NCBI RefSeq assembly: GCF_037902255.1
Contig: NZ_CP147990.1
Span: forward strand, 1,890,001-1,922,000
Direction: 5' to 3'
Length of the DNA: 32,000 nucleotides
From: Candidatus Electrothrix sp. GW3-4
Lineage (GTDB): Bacteria; Desulfobacterota; Desulfobulbia; Desulfobulbales; Desulfobulbaceae
Shown here: positions 1 to 10,559 of the stretch, piece after piece
How positions within the stretch are numbered: the first letter of the stretch is position 1
How the letters are laid out: each line of letters begins with the position of its first letter
Program-made: the position numbers and the translations under genes
Notes under the pieces: model-generated
The model's input: the letters and a program-made list of their open reading frames with translations, nothing else
What the model was told of the DNA's origin: nothing
The model's database searches: none

Positions 1-380
1 ATTGTTAGCAATGAAGTGATTAAAGAATGACCCGCTGCGTACCCTAGACCAACAGATATTGCAAGAAACAGATAGACTAGTTCTTCAGGTTCCTTTATCG
101 GAGTTCTAAATCTAACTATAGATAATGCACCAACTAAACCAAGAGATAAAGCAAGAGATGATTTTACAATAACTATTACGATAAATACAACAGATGACAA
201 CAAAGGAAGAACTGAAGCAATATGATGTTTACCCGTCAAAGAAAAAGATCTCTTCAAGTAAAAATATCTAATTACAAATGACATAGCTACGCACAGCAAA
301 AAATTAAAGCATGTAGGAAGTAAATCAAGCTGGTTCTGTGTAATTCGAAGCCCTTCCGTTATATTTAAAATATTTTCCAT
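1..380 (-). CDS. DUF4956-like small membrane protein; partial, 3' end runs off the window
   Basis: Not in the supplied track because there is no stop inside the window. The reverse-strand ATG at 380..378 opens a frame reading MENILNITEGLRITQNQLDLLPTCFNFLLCVAMSFVIRYFYLKRSF...LGLVGALSIVRFRTPIKEPEELVYLFLAISVGLGYAAG. The GALSIVRFRTPIK-E/D-P motif between hydrophobic helices is what I recall for DUF4956. The segment is more AT-rich than the adjacent GT2 gene. Confidence 0.5.
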   Translation of the reverse strand, partial: MENILNITEGLRITQNQLDLLPTCFNFLLCVAMSFVIRYFYLKRSFSLTGKHHIASVLPLLSSVVFIVIVIVKSSLALSLGLVGALSIVRFRTPIKEPEELVYLFLAISVGLGYAAGHSLITSLLT

Positions 381-420
381 AAAATTATTCAACCTAAGAA
401 TATAAAAAAATAATCTATTT

Positions 421-1368
421 TCATTTCAAATCCTTATTACACTCCATATCAAACCACATAGCAAACAGTGTAAATAAACTAGAGCTCATAAAGGAAAACA
501 TGGCTGCCAAGGTATTGATAGGAGGAAGATGCCCATCAATACCGAGATAAATAAAGGCACGGACAGTCAGAATAAAGCCAAAAAACAAGAAGAGCCCTCC
601 AAGAAAATAAAAAAAGATGAGCGGATGAAAATCACGAATTATGTATTTTTCCACCATCCTTCTCGTAAAGCCCTTAACAAGGATCAAGGGAATGGTACAG
701 AGCACTTTTTTCACCTTAATACCGGAGACTTCTCCCACATTATAAACTGGTCGTATTGAGATATCCCTGACCCGAAAATTGGCAATATTCAGACTGATCA
801 GAAGATCATTGGGCATTCCGTAGCGCGGATAGATTGCCTCCAGATCAAGAGCCTTCAATGCCTGCAATGAGATGGCGGTATATCCACTCTGTGAATCAGC
901 CACATGCCAGTACCCTGAGGCTATCTTAGTAAACAAAGAAAGAAAAGAGTTGCCGATATAGCGATACTTGGGAATCATCCCCCATGACTCACCGCGAAAC
1001 AGCCGATTACCCTTTGTGTAATCGCATTCCCCCCTACAGACAGGCTCTAAAATTCTCGGCAGATCTTCCGGGTCCATCTGAAAATCAGCCGCCATGACAG
1101 CAGCCACATCTACCTGTTGATCCCGGGCCCAGATATATCCCGTTGCAATGGCTGCCCCGACACCTCGGTTCCGCTCATGTTCAAGGCAGACGATCTTCTT
1201 ATTCGCTGTTGCCAACGCCTGGACAACAGCCACGGTCTGGTCTTGACTGCGGTCGTCAACCACCACGATAATGTCCACATAGTTGGGCATGGTCTTGATG
1301 ACCTTTCCGATGAGTTTTTCCTCGTTATACGCAGGAATGACAACGGCTATTTTCTTTTCAAGGTGCAT
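421..1368 (-). CDS. Family 2 glycosyltransferase (dolichyl-phosphate sugar transferase-like) with C-terminal TM helices
   Basis: 315-aa ORF with an ATG at 1368. The N-terminus KIAVVIPAYNEEKLIGKVI...VVVDDRSQDQT is the classic GT2 (GT-A fold, DxD-type) signature. The C-terminal hydrophobic stretch is FFYFLGGLFLFFGFILTV. Confidence 0.85.
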   Translation of the reverse strand: MHLEKKIAVVIPAYNEEKLIGKVIKTMPNYVDIIVVVDDRSQDQTVAVVQALATANKKIVCLEHERNRGVGAAIATGYIWARDQQVDVAAVMAADFQMDPEDLPRILEPVCRGECDYTKGNRLFRGESWGMIPKYRYIGNSFLSLFTKIASGYWHVADSQSGYTAISLQALKALDLEAIYPRYGMPNDLLISLNIANFRVRDISIRPVYNVGEVSGIKVKKVLCTIPLILVKGFTRRMVEKYIIRDFHPLIFFYFLGGLFLFFGFILTVRAFIYLGIDGHLPPINTLAAMFSFMSSSLFTLFAMWFDMECNKDLK

Positions 1369-1764
1369 GCAATGGAACCATAGGTAAATACTGAACGGTT
1401 TAATATCTATTAAAAAAGATTATATCACCACCGCCCGGCAATAGCAAGTCGCCATCTACGATGTAACAAAAATCAGCAGAAAGCTCAAGCGCTCCCCCAC
1501 TCCACATGCCCCTTTAAGAACATTCACGCATACAACAACAACTCAATATCAGTCTATTAAGCTGAGGCTATAGACAGGGCTTCTCATGTCATGCCGCGCG
1601 ATGTCGATAAATCGCACCAAAAAAAACAGCGTTTGCCCACCTTACTTAATGAAAAAAAACTGGATTTATGGTTCAATTGTCGAACTCAGTTCGTAAGTAC
1701 TATGATAGCATGCCAACCCTATTGGCACCATGCTGCGTCCTCTTTACAACAAGCAAAAAATCCA

Positions 1765-4323
1765 ATGACAACAGATCAGGAAAATAACTCGCCCGAACTC
1801 CACACCGTCGGCATTGAACAGGAGCTGCGCAAATCCTATCTGGATTATGCAATGTCCGTTATCGTTGGTCGGGCCCTGCCCGACGTTCGCGATGGTCTGA
1901 AGCCGGTGCACCGGCGCACCCTATACGCTATGCGGGAACTGGGCAATACCCATAATCGCCCCTATGTCAAATCAGCCAGGATTGTCGGTGATGTCATCGG
2001 TAAATATCATCCCCACGGCGACTCAGCTGTCTATGACACCCTGGTACGAATGGCTCAGAATTTTTCCCTGCGCTATCCCTTAGTTGATGGCCAGGGAAAC
2101 TTTGGTTCTATGGACGGCGATCCACCAGCCGCTATGCGTTACACCGAAGCACGCATGACCCGGCTGGACCAGGAGCTTGTTGCCGATATCGAAAAGGAAA
2201 CCGTTGATTTTATACCAACATATGACAACTCGCAGCTGGAACCCACGGTTCTGCCTTCTAAGATTCCCAACATCCTGATCAATGGGTCCGAGGGTATTGC
2301 GGTGGGTATGGCCACCAAGATCCCGCCGCATAATCTGACCGAGGTCATTGATGGCCTGATCGCCTTAGTAGATGATCCAGATCTTTCTGTGCATCAGCTG
2401 ATGCACATTATTACCGGGCCGGATTTTCCCACAGGAGGTTTTATCTGCGGACGGGCCGGGATTCGGGAGGCTTATGAAACCGGGCGCGGTGTCATTATGA
2501 TGCGGGCCCGCATGCATGTCGAAAAAAAGAAAAAAAGCGGTGAGGCCATTGTGGTCACAGAGATTCCTTTTCAACAGAACAAGGCCAAATTGGTCAAGAA
2601 AATAGCCCTGTTGATGAAGGAAAAACGGATCACCTCCATTGCCGAGGTACGTGATGAATCGGATCGCCACGGCCTGCGCGTGGTCATGGATCTCAAAAAA
2701 GACGAAATCCCGGATGTGACGATCAATCAGCTGTTCAAGATGACACCGTTGCAGAAAAGTTTCGGCATCATCATGCTCTGTATTGTCAATAATAAGCCGG
2801 AGATCCTGAACCTGAAAGAGGTATTGGTTCATTTTATCGAACATCGGCGCACAGTGATCTATCGACGCACCGCCTTTGAACTGCGTAAGGCCGAAGAACG
2901 GGCCCACCTCCTGGAAGGACTGAAAATCGCTTTAGACAACCTTGATGAAGTTGTTCAACTCATCAGGGCCTCTTCCAGTCCAACAGAGGCCAAGATCTGT
3001 CTAATGGAACGCTTTGAGCTCTCCGAACTCCAGGCCCAGGTTATTTTAGATATGCGTCTGCAAAAGCTTACAGGCTTAGAGCGCGATAAAATTATCCAGG
3101 AATACACGGAAATCATGGAGCGTATTGCCTGGCTCAAGGACGTGCTCTCAGATGACGTCTTGGTCATGCAGCTTATTCGGCAGGAATTTGAAGCGGTTCG
3201 GGAGCAGTACGGAGATGAGCGTCTGACCGAGATCATTGACGCGCCTGATGAAATCTTACCCGAGGATATGATCACTCCAGAAGAGATGGTGGTGACGATC
3301 TCTCATCATGGCTATATCAAGCGCAACCAGTTATCCCTGTATCGGGCCCAGCGCCGAGGCGGTAAAGGTGTCGCCGGTATGGCGGCTGTAGACGATGATT
3401 TTGTCACGGATCTCTACACCGCCTCCACCTTGGACACCTTTCTCTTCTTTACCAATAAGGCAAGGGTGTTCTGGCGCAAGGTATATGAGTTGCCCATGGC
3501 CGGACGCACGGCACGGGGCCGGGCTGTGGTCAATCTTCTTGAGCTGGCAGAAGGAGAAAAACTGGCCACGATTCTCTCGGTACCCAACTTGGCTGAGGCA
3601 GATGAGAACTATACCATCCTGACGGTAACCAAGAAAGGTCGGGTGAAGAAAACCAGCATTGCCGAGTATAAACGGCCGGTACGTAAGGGCAAGCTGGGAC
3701 TGACCATTAAGGATGACGATGAGATGCTCTGCGCAGCCATAACCGCTGGTGATGATCATGTCTTCCTGGTAACAAAAAAAGGCCTTTCCATCCATTTTCA
3801 TGAAGACGATGTTCGGACTATGGGCCGCACTGCTGCTGGCGTAAAAGGGATCACCCTTGCTGACGATGACGAGGTGGTCGCAGCAGTTGTCCTGAAAAAT
3901 CATGAAGAAGAAAATTCCATTCTCACGGTCACGGAAAACGGCTTTGGCAAACGAACAGCGGTGTCTGATTACCGCCTTCAGAAACGGGGCGGCAAAGGTA
4001 TCTTCGCTATTAAGTCCAGTGAACGGAATGGGATGGTGGTCGGGGCACTCCAGGTAGTGGATGACGACCAGGTTATGCTTATCGCGGATTCCGCCAAGGT
4101 TATCCGGCTCCCTATGGACTCCATGCGGATTATAGGACGCAATACCCAGGGCGTCAAGATGATCAATCTTAATGAAGGCGAGAAGGTCGTGGCGCTGTCC
4201 ATGCTGGCTCGTACTAATGATGAGATCGACGAGGAGAACGACGACGAAGGTATCTTGACTGATGACAGGCTAGACACTGAGCAGGATACTGATAAGGGGA
4301 CAGATGGAACTCCAACCGATTAA
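1765..4323 (+). CDS. gyrA: DNA gyrase subunit A
   Basis: ORF 1591..4323. The conserved GyrA N-terminus ([59 protein letters not shown] with the catalytic Tyr) begins just after Met59. I therefore moved the start to ATG 1765. C-terminal beta-pinwheel repeats and an acidic tail are present. Confidence 0.95.
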   Translation: MTTDQENNSPELHTVGIEQELRKSYLDYAMSVIVGRALPDVRDGLKPVHRRTLYAMRELGNTHNRPYVKSARIVGDVIGKYHPHGDSAVYDTLVRMAQNFSLRYPLVDGQGNFGSMDGDPPAAMRYTEARMTRLDQELVADIEKETVDFIPTYDNSQLEPTVLPSKIPNILINGSEGIAVGMATKIPPHNLTEVIDGLIALVDDPDLSVHQLMHIITGPDFPTGGFICGRAGIREAYETGRGVIMMRARMHVEKKKKSGEAIVVTEIPFQQNKAKLVKKIALLMKEKRITSIAEVRDESDRHGLRVVMDLKKDEIPDVTINQLFKMTPLQKSFGIIMLCIVNNKPEILNLKEVLVHFIEHRRTVIYRRTAFELRKAEERAHLLEGLKIALDNLDEVVQLIRASSSPTEAKICLMERFELSELQAQVILDMRLQKLTGLERDKIIQEYTEIMERIAWLKDVLSDDVLVMQLIRQEFEAVREQYGDERLTEIIDAPDEILPEDMITPEEMVVTISHHGYIKRNQLSLYRAQRRGGKGVAGMAAVDDDFVTDLYTASTLDTFLFFTNKARVFWRKVYELPMAGRTARGRAVVNLLELAEGEKLATILSVPNLAEADENYTILTVTKKGRVKKTSIAEYKRPVRKGKLGLTIKDDDEMLCAAITAGDDHVFLVTKKGLSIHFHEDDVRTMGRTAAGVKGITLADDDEVVAAVVLKNHEEENSILTVTENGFGKRTAVSDYRLQKRGGKGIFAIKSSERNGMVVGALQVVDDDQVMLIADSAKVIRLPMDSMRIIGRNTQGVKMINLNEGEKVVALSMLARTNDEIDEENDDEGILTDDRLDTEQDTDKGTDGTPTD

Positions 4324-5323
4324 ACAGATAGCGGTTATCGGGGCGGGCAGTTGGGGAACTGCCCTGGCCAAGCTCTTGGCGGATAAGGGAGAGCAGGTTC
4401 TTCTTTGGAGCCATAGGGCCGAGCATGTGGATGCCCTGCGTCGGGATCGGGAGAATCGGAAATACCTGCCCGGTGCTGCCTTGCCGACCAATCTGCTGGC
4501 AGTGAACACCTTTGATGACCTGCCCTCCTGTCAATGCCTGGTCATGGCCGTGCCCTCCCATGGGTTCCGTGAGGTGTTCAGCAAGCTCATCCCCCGAATC
4601 CAGGAGGGAACCTTTCTTGTCTCGGCTGTTAAGGGGATTGAGGTCGAGACTGGCCAGACCATGTGTGAAATCATGCAGCAGGAACTTGCCCGGCAGAACA
4701 GAGCAGGAACTCTGTTCGCCGGGGTGCTGAGCGGCCCCAGCTTTGCCGATGAGGTCGCCATAGGCCAACCCACTGCCGTGACTGTGGGCTTTACGGACAA
4801 CAGGGTGGCCCAGGCGGTCCAACACCTCTTCTCAACATCCTTTTTCAGGGTCTACACCAGTTCAGACACCATTGGTCTGGAGATCTCTGCGGCCATGAAA
4901 AATGTGATCGCCATTGCGGCCGGTATTTCCGACGGCTTAGGCTACGGACTGAATACGCGGGCCGCCTTAATTACCCGGGGGCTGGCAGAAATCACCCGTT
5001 TAGGCACCGCGCTCGGAGCTGATCCACTCACCTTTTCCGGTCTTGGAGGCCTGGGCGACTTGGTCCTGACCTGTACTGGCAGCCTGAGCCGTAATCGGAC
5101 AGTAGGACTGAAGCTCGGCGAGGGCCGTACCCTGGAACAGGCCCTGGCAGAGATGACAATGGTTGCTGAGGGGGTCAAAACGACAAAATCCTGCTATAAT
5201 CTGGCCGCCACGGTCGGCGTTGAGATGCCCATTCTTGAGCAGATCTATCAGATTCTCTATAAAGATAAGCCCTGCCGAGATGCTGTTCAGGATTTATTCG
5301 GGCGGAGCCTGAAAGAGGAGTAA
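4304..5323 (+). CDS. gpsA: NAD(P)H-dependent glycerol-3-phosphate dehydrogenase
   Basis: 339-aa ORF. It has the Rossmann motif [14 protein letters not shown], plus [18 protein letters not shown] and [20 protein letters not shown], which are typical of GpsA. It overlaps the gyrA stop by 20 nt. Confidence 0.9.
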   Translation: MELQPIKQIAVIGAGSWGTALAKLLADKGEQVLLWSHRAEHVDALRRDRENRKYLPGAALPTNLLAVNTFDDLPSCQCLVMAVPSHGFREVFSKLIPRIQEGTFLVSAVKGIEVETGQTMCEIMQQELARQNRAGTLFAGVLSGPSFADEVAIGQPTAVTVGFTDNRVAQAVQHLFSTSFFRVYTSSDTIGLEISAAMKNVIAIAAGISDGLGYGLNTRAALITRGLAEITRLGTALGADPLTFSGLGGLGDLVLTCTGSLSRNRTVGLKLGEGRTLEQALAEMTMVAEGVKTTKSCYNLAATVGVEMPILEQIYQILYKDKPCRDAVQDLFGRSLKEE

Positions 5324-6518
5324 GAGGTCGAACGAATATATACTGCCCTAACGTTTTCTTTCCTTCTCTCTCCCCTTCTTTTTCCTTCTTCAACCCCTGC
5401 AGCCCATTTTTTGTGAGGTTCCCCCCGGCGTTGCCGGATAGGGACGTGCGTACTTCCTGCTCCTGAAGGACTGCTAGGACTGCTGCAAATTCATCAAGGA
5501 CTTTTTCAATGGGAATGGCAAAACCACCCCCTTTGCCATCCTGCACTGTCCTGGTCACGACGCCACGGACATATCCGGCTGCATCCAAAACAGGCCCCCC
5601 GCTCTTATCCTGCGAAATCTCCGTATCAATCTGAAGAAACATCCGGTTTTGCACACCCAGCCGTCGATATCCAGCAAAGATCGCGGCAGTCAGTCTCACC
5701 TCAACGCCAACAGAACCGCCTGGAACAAAAACGGAATCACCTAATCTGAGAAGAGCGTCAAGCGGAGGGGGCTGAAGAACTGTTTTTTGGGAAACTGATG
5801 GAGATGATGTGAGCAGGGCGAGATCGTATTCCTCATTAATCTGCACCAAGGATGCCCTCTGTTCAGAACTGTCTGCGAAAATAATCTTAATGATGGGATG
5901 CTCCTGGGCCTTTTTCTGCTGTGCCAGACGCTGCTCGTCTTTCTCCTGTTGAAATCTGAAATCAGCAAGATACTTTTTCCGCTCAGAGATCAAAAGGTTG
6001 AGCTCTTTTTTCGAACTACCCCTGCCCATATTCTTAAGGCGTGCCCGATAGCTGCGCATTTTTTCTTCCTCAAGGGCCAAGAGCTGCCTGTTTCGATCGA
6101 CCTGCTCCTGCAAAGCTGTCAGTTTTTCTGGATCAGGCTCAGCCACCTGCTTACTGGTGATCAGAGCGTTCTCCCTGATAAAAAATCCAGGCCATCTGCC
6201 CCAAGATGTTGTAACAGAAACGATTGCCGGATGGAGATGTTCGGCAGAGTATATGCCACGCTCCTTTTCCGGCACAGCGCTCAACCGCCCCGACCCAGGA
6301 CCACTTGTGGACATATCACCAGAGATGTCGCCAGAAAATTGAGCAACCAAATACGGCCATATCCTTTCCTTTTTCATGTAGGAATAGCCGACAACTCCAA
6401 AGGCGAGCACTAAACCAAACAATTGTATATAGTTGCCTACACTGGAAGAAGGCAGTTCCTTGGCCGCTCCACTCATCGTGGCAGAGTTCTTTGTATCTTT
6501 ATCCGTGTTCCCTTTCAA
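5175..6518 (-). CDS. Membrane-anchored trypsin/HtrA-like serine protease domain protein with a coiled-coil linker
   Basis: 447-aa ORF. It has an N-terminal TM helix (YIQLFGLVLAFGVVGYSYM) and a coiled-coil (LTALQEQVDRNRQLLALEEEKMRSYRARL...). The C-terminal domain carries DKSGGPVLD (a GDSGGP-like Ser motif) and GGFAIPIEKV. The track start at 6518 is a TTG, and an ATG alternative lies at 6476. The last 149 nt overlap gpsA convergently. Confidence 0.6.
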   Translation of the reverse strand: MKGNTDKDTKNSATMSGAAKELPSSSVGNYIQLFGLVLAFGVVGYSYMKKERIWPYLVAQFSGDISGDMSTSGPGSGRLSAVPEKERGIYSAEHLHPAIVSVTTSWGRWPGFFIRENALITSKQVAEPDPEKLTALQEQVDRNRQLLALEEEKMRSYRARLKNMGRGSSKKELNLLISERKKYLADFRFQQEKDEQRLAQQKKAQEHPIIKIIFADSSEQRASLVQINEEYDLALLTSSPSVSQKTVLQPPPLDALLRLGDSVFVPGGSVGVEVRLTAAIFAGYRRLGVQNRMFLQIDTEISQDKSGGPVLDAAGYVRGVVTRTVQDGKGGGFAIPIEKVLDEFAAVLAVLQEQEVRTSLSGNAGGNLTKNGLQGLKKEKEGEREGKKTLGQYIFVRPLTPLSGSARINPEQHLGRAYLYRESDRSAQEWASQRRPWRPDYSRILSF

Positions 6519-6554
6519 TTATTCTTCAATGAGTTCTTCGATTAGAGATAAAAA

Positions 6555-6740
6555 CTATGCTCTCCGCTGTTCCGAGTCCTCATCCTCTTCCATGATGGAG
6601 GGGAACAAAAGATTCCCGAACAGATCTTCTGCCTTATTGGCAAAAATCCTCGGCAGATGCATACTCATATAGTCTTCCCGCTTTTCCATTTTCTCGCGGA
6701 ACCAATCAATATTTTTCGAGAAGTTGTCTGCGTCGTGCAT
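6555..6740 (-). CDS. Small hypothetical protein (61 aa, acidic C-terminus)
   Basis: The ATG at 6740 is preceded by a good SD on the minus strand (aaGGGGAataaaaATG). The ORF overlaps the 3' end of the upstream GAF gene by 35 nt. I recognise no family. Confidence 0.35.
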   Translation of the reverse strand: MHDADNFSKNIDWFREKMEKREDYMSMHLPRIFANKAEDLFGNLLFPSIMEEDEDSEQRRA

Positions 6741-7830
6741 TTTTATTCCCCTTCATGATAAGCATATGATTCACTGTTATGGAAGAGGCCACAGCATCGC
6801 TCAGCATATCAGCGATAAAACGAATGCCATCAATGTGCTCCTCGCAAAATCCCTTTGTCCTTCCTGAGGCCAGATACACCATTCCGATCATACTCTTCTT
6901 TTTACCGTCCCAGGCCCTTAAAGGCGCAATGGCCAAGGATTTCACTCCCTGGAGCGATTCGTCCTCTGCCTCAGTAAAGATCTGTTCCCGGATGGCCTTT
7001 TTGATATCCCTGTAGACCAGGACGTTGCAGGCCTCTCGCTCTTCAATCAAATAGCGAGGAATCCCTTTATTCGCAGGAACGGCTCGGTCAACCCATTCAT
7101 TTCCCTGAAGACCATTGGTCCGGACCAGGGTCTGATAGATGATATTGCCCTGTTCTTGCTGGTGCGGCAGGGCAATACGGACGACCAGTTCAACACCTTT
7201 TTCCCGGGTGATTATTCGAAGATAACCTTGGGCCAACGCCAAGATTTCTGTGAGATGGCCAAGACAATCTTCAGGCGAGGCCTTTTCTTTCCCAGCAAGC
7301 CGTTGCAAGAGTTGCGAGTGCTCGTTGCGCAGCTGATGGGCAAGTTGATGCAGGCTCTCCTGCATTGCCAGTAACTGGAGCGTCCGTCTGCGCAGGGCGA
7401 AAAAATTCACGCCAAGAAACAGGAAAGCCAAAGCGAGAATAAGAGCATTTTTAACAGCAGAGGAAAGATCAGGAAAAAAGACCACATGCAGGCTGAGAAA
7501 AACAAGTATGAAGGCGATAAGCAGGTAGAGCGACCATCGCCTGCGAAAAAAAAAGGCGAATTGATTATATCGCCAGGCGGATTGCCCTTCAGCATATGCT
7601 GCAAGGCATTGCTGTTCAGGCCCACGAACAAGGGCGGATAAGGGGGCATCCTGCACCTCTTTAAAGATGAACATTGTTGTCAGCAGGGGAACGGCATAAA
7701 AAACGAGCCAATAATCCTGAAGAAAAATTTTTAACGCATCTCCCTGAAGGTAGGTGGAGGTCTCCAGGCCTATCCAAAGACAGGCTGCCTGAACAAAATA
7801 GAGAATGAGGAACTTAGTAATTTTTGCCAT
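6706..7830 (-). CDS. Integral membrane protein with a C-terminal GAF-like sensor domain
   Basis: ORF 6706..7869, but that start is a TTG. The first ATG (7830, MAKITKFLILYF) precedes four or five hydrophobic helices. The C-terminal ~170 aa (…SLAIAPLRAWDGKKKSMIGMVYLASGRTKGFCEEHIDGIRFIADMLSDAV) look like a GAF fold. Confidence 0.55.
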   Translation of the reverse strand: MAKITKFLILYFVQAACLWIGLETSTYLQGDALKIFLQDYWLVFYAVPLLTTMFIFKEVQDAPLSALVRGPEQQCLAAYAEGQSAWRYNQFAFFFRRRWSLYLLIAFILVFLSLHVVFFPDLSSAVKNALILALAFLFLGVNFFALRRRTLQLLAMQESLHQLAHQLRNEHSQLLQRLAGKEKASPEDCLGHLTEILALAQGYLRIITREKGVELVVRIALPHQQEQGNIIYQTLVRTNGLQGNEWVDRAVPANKGIPRYLIEEREACNVLVYRDIKKAIREQIFTEAEDESLQGVKSLAIAPLRAWDGKKKSMIGMVYLASGRTKGFCEEHIDGIRFIADMLSDAVASSITVNHMLIMKGNKNARRRQLLEKY

Positions 7831-7946
7831 CAAGGGTATTCTTTCTGCTAAGGGGAAAAGGATTGCCAACGCTCACCTGTTTGAACATGACCAGGCAAAA
7901 AAGTCAACAGTAACATGCTGTGTTCGAAGCTAAAATTTCCTTTACA

Positions 7947-10556
7947 TCAAGGCCCAAAAGCCTTTCCTGTAAAGTCCACGCAGCATAGTTGCCCCCTGCC
8001 TGTTTCACAGCTGATCGTGCCCTGTTCCCTGGTCACAGCCACGACAATTCCCCGTTCTTTCCATACGGCGAGATTCACCGGGGCAGGATAATATCGTTTT
8101 CCGTACTTACCTGCTGAGACAATAATCAGAGCAGGATCGACTGCGTCCAGAAAAGCGTCACTGCTTGATGTGCGACTGCCGTGATGGGGTGCAAGCAGCA
8201 CATCCGCTGCCAGATCAATATGCCTTGTAAGCAGGGCAGCTTCCTGTTTCTTACTGATATCTGCTGGAAAAAGGAAGGATCTTTCCCTATGCCGGTAGCG
8301 CAGGACTAAGGAGGCATCATTCACTGACCTCCTTGTGGTTTGTTCAGCCCCGCTGAGAATTTCCAGCTCCTCATTCCCATGCGCTACAATCTTTTCTCCA
8401 GACTGAGGGAAAACCACCTCTCCCCCCTGGCCTGCAGCTTGTTCGATGATTTCCTGATATTTTCCCTCGACCCGAGGATCACCGTTGATAAAGAGCTTTT
8501 TCGGACGAAAACGGGCCAGGATAAAATCCATGCCATTAAAATGATCACTATGCGGATGGGTGATCACGGCCTGATCCAATCGCCAGACCCGTTGCTGCCA
8601 TAAGTACGGGGCAATGACCTGCTCGCCAATATTACGCCTGCTCTCTCTGTTTCCTCCTCCGTCTATCAGTACCCTGATCCCGTTGGCCATCTGGAGAAAG
8701 CTGGCCGTGCCCTGGCCAACATCCAGGTAAGCAACCGTACTGTTTTTTGACCTGGCTGAAAAAAAGAGGCCCCAGGTAAAATGAAGCACAAGAAGCCCTG
8801 TTCCGACGATGACAATACTTCGCACGACCTTTTGAAATCTTTCTCTTTTCGAGCTAAGCCCCCAGAGGAGGAGCAGTACCCCATAACATAGGATCTCAGC
8901 TGTTGTGGGGGTGATGGTCCAAACTGAGGCCCAAGGCAGAGCAGCCCCAAGAGTCGTGCAAAAAAGCCCGGCCCGGATACCCAGACCCCCGATCTTGAGC
9001 AGGACGGTCGCTGCCTGGGGAGCAATAAAGAGACAGGGAAGAGCAGCCAGTCCCCAGGGAAGGGCCCAAAAACAGAGAAAGGGCTCCACCAGCAGGTTCA
9101 TCACCGGACCGATCAGGGAAAAGCGATGAAAATGAGAGAGCATAAAGGGAAGAGTTCCCAGGCTTGCCACCAGAGAGACCAAGAAGGCAGGAAGAATAAA
9201 GCCTTGCCAGAGACGGGCCAACCAGTTCTGATGTTCTGTTCTGTCCTTTTGTTCTCTTTCGGCATCTGAGGATGAGGAAAGAATTGCTGGAAGAAAGAGG
9301 AGCAAGACAGCGACCGCGCTGAAGGAAAGTTGAAAAGAAGCAGTAAACAGGGCCAGTGGGGTATGAACAAGGACAATCAGGGCCGCAACAGCCAATAAGT
9401 GGAGCAGAGAATGCTGCCTGCGGAGGATGAGCGCGCTAAAGAAAACCAAGGTCATGATCAGAGCACGCAGAACCGGGGTGTTCATGCCAGCAATAAAGCT
9501 ATACCCGAACAGGATGGGTAGGGTAGCGATTAAGGTCAGGGTGGGCACATGGGTACGGAGCAATAACTGTTCAGAGCACTTGAGCAGACGACTGATAATG
9601 GTCCCGATCATCAGGGCGAGTAATCCCATATGAAGGCCAGATATGGCGAGCAAATGCATAGTGCCTGTGGCCTTAAACTGCTCCTGAATCTCCTGCGGCA
9701 CCCCAGCCCTGCTCCCAATAAGAAGGGCCTGATAGGTTCCGGCAATCGGCCGGGGAAGGCTATCTCTGATAAATTGCTTCACCCGTTGCCTCGCCTGCTC
9801 CGGTAGAAAATAGAGCGCGTGGATCGTCCTGAGGAAACCTCTTTTTTGTTGGTCCCTGAGAACGGTCACTTGCTTGCCAAGCACCCAGCCATTGATAAAG
9901 ATGTCCTTGGCCGCAAGATACCCCTGGTAATCAAAAACGCCTGGCGTCTTAAAGTTTGTTATCGGGCCAATCTTGACTGGAAGCATCAGGGGTATGCCCG
10001 GCTGCAATTCTTGATTTCTTCCCTGCATAGACAGGCGCACGCGCCCGTGAACTGGCTGCCAAGACCCTCTGTTATTGTGCAACAAGATCTCCTCTGTGTC
10101 GATCTCAAATCGAGAAACGACAATCTCCTTCCCGTCCCGCTGAAACGCGCTTTCCTCAACCATAGTTGCCAAAGTCCCCACCAAGGTGACCTGTTGGCGT
10201 TTTTGGATCAAGGCTGCAATATGGCCAGCATCCTGCGGTTGTTGGTCATGTTGGACCAGGACAAGGGAGCCAAGCAGAAAAAAAACGAGCAGAACAAGCA
10301 GGAAGGAATACAGGGAGCCTGTTTTTTCCTTCAGGTAAAGGAGGAAAAGAGATCCTGCCAGGAGAAGAACAGCAGCAATGATGATGAATTGGGGTAAAAC
10401 AACGAGCTGGGAATGGGTACCGATGATACCAAGAACAAAGGACAGCGTGACAAGGAGGAAGACATTGCGGTCCGTCCAGCGCAGGCATTGACGAAGCGGT
10501 GCAACAACGTGAGCAAGCAGATGATCAGCCTGTGCTGAACCGTCATTGCCCGGCAT
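7947..10556 (-). CDS. comEC: DNA internalisation-related competence protein ComEC/Rec2
   Basis: 869-aa ORF. It has the polytopic ComEC core (…HLLAISGLHMGLLA…) and a C-terminal metallo-beta-lactamase motif, VITHPHSDHFNG. The ATG at 10556 lies 3 nt after the waaA stop, which implies an operon. Confidence 0.9.
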   Translation of the reverse strand: MPGNDGSAQADHLLAHVVAPLRQCLRWTDRNVFLLVTLSFVLGIIGTHSQLVVLPQFIIIAAVLLLAGSLFLLYLKEKTGSLYSFLLVLLVFFLLGSLVLVQHDQQPQDAGHIAALIQKRQQVTLVGTLATMVEESAFQRDGKEIVVSRFEIDTEEILLHNNRGSWQPVHGRVRLSMQGRNQELQPGIPLMLPVKIGPITNFKTPGVFDYQGYLAAKDIFINGWVLGKQVTVLRDQQKRGFLRTIHALYFLPEQARQRVKQFIRDSLPRPIAGTYQALLIGSRAGVPQEIQEQFKATGTMHLLAISGLHMGLLALMIGTIISRLLKCSEQLLLRTHVPTLTLIATLPILFGYSFIAGMNTPVLRALIMTLVFFSALILRRQHSLLHLLAVAALIVLVHTPLALFTASFQLSFSAVAVLLLFLPAILSSSSDAEREQKDRTEHQNWLARLWQGFILPAFLVSLVASLGTLPFMLSHFHRFSLIGPVMNLLVEPFLCFWALPWGLAALPCLFIAPQAATVLLKIGGLGIRAGLFCTTLGAALPWASVWTITPTTAEILCYGVLLLLWGLSSKRERFQKVVRSIVIVGTGLLVLHFTWGLFFSARSKNSTVAYLDVGQGTASFLQMANGIRVLIDGGGNRESRRNIGEQVIAPYLWQQRVWRLDQAVITHPHSDHFNGMDFILARFRPKKLFINGDPRVEGKYQEIIEQAAGQGGEVVFPQSGEKIVAHGNEELEILSGAEQTTRRSVNDASLVLRYRHRERSFLFPADISKKQEAALLTRHIDLAADVLLAPHHGSRTSSSDAFLDAVDPALIIVSAGKYGKRYYPAPVNLAVWKERGIVVAVTREQGTISCETGRGQLCCVDFTGKAFGP

Positions 10557-10559
10557 GAC

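Noticed and set aside
1591-1764. 58-codon N-terminal extension of gyrA in the ORF track.
   Set aside because: GyrA homology starts right after Met59. The extension ([15 protein letters not shown]…) has no GyrA counterpart and covers the likely promoter/leader.
2365-4825. Long antisense or off-frame ORFs inside gyrA and gpsA (2365..2907, 3331..3903, 4214..4825). Similar ones occur inside comEC, waaA, recN, ccp and others.
   Set aside because: They lie entirely within strongly supported genes, have no recognisable motifs and give low-complexity translations. They are typical shadow ORFs.
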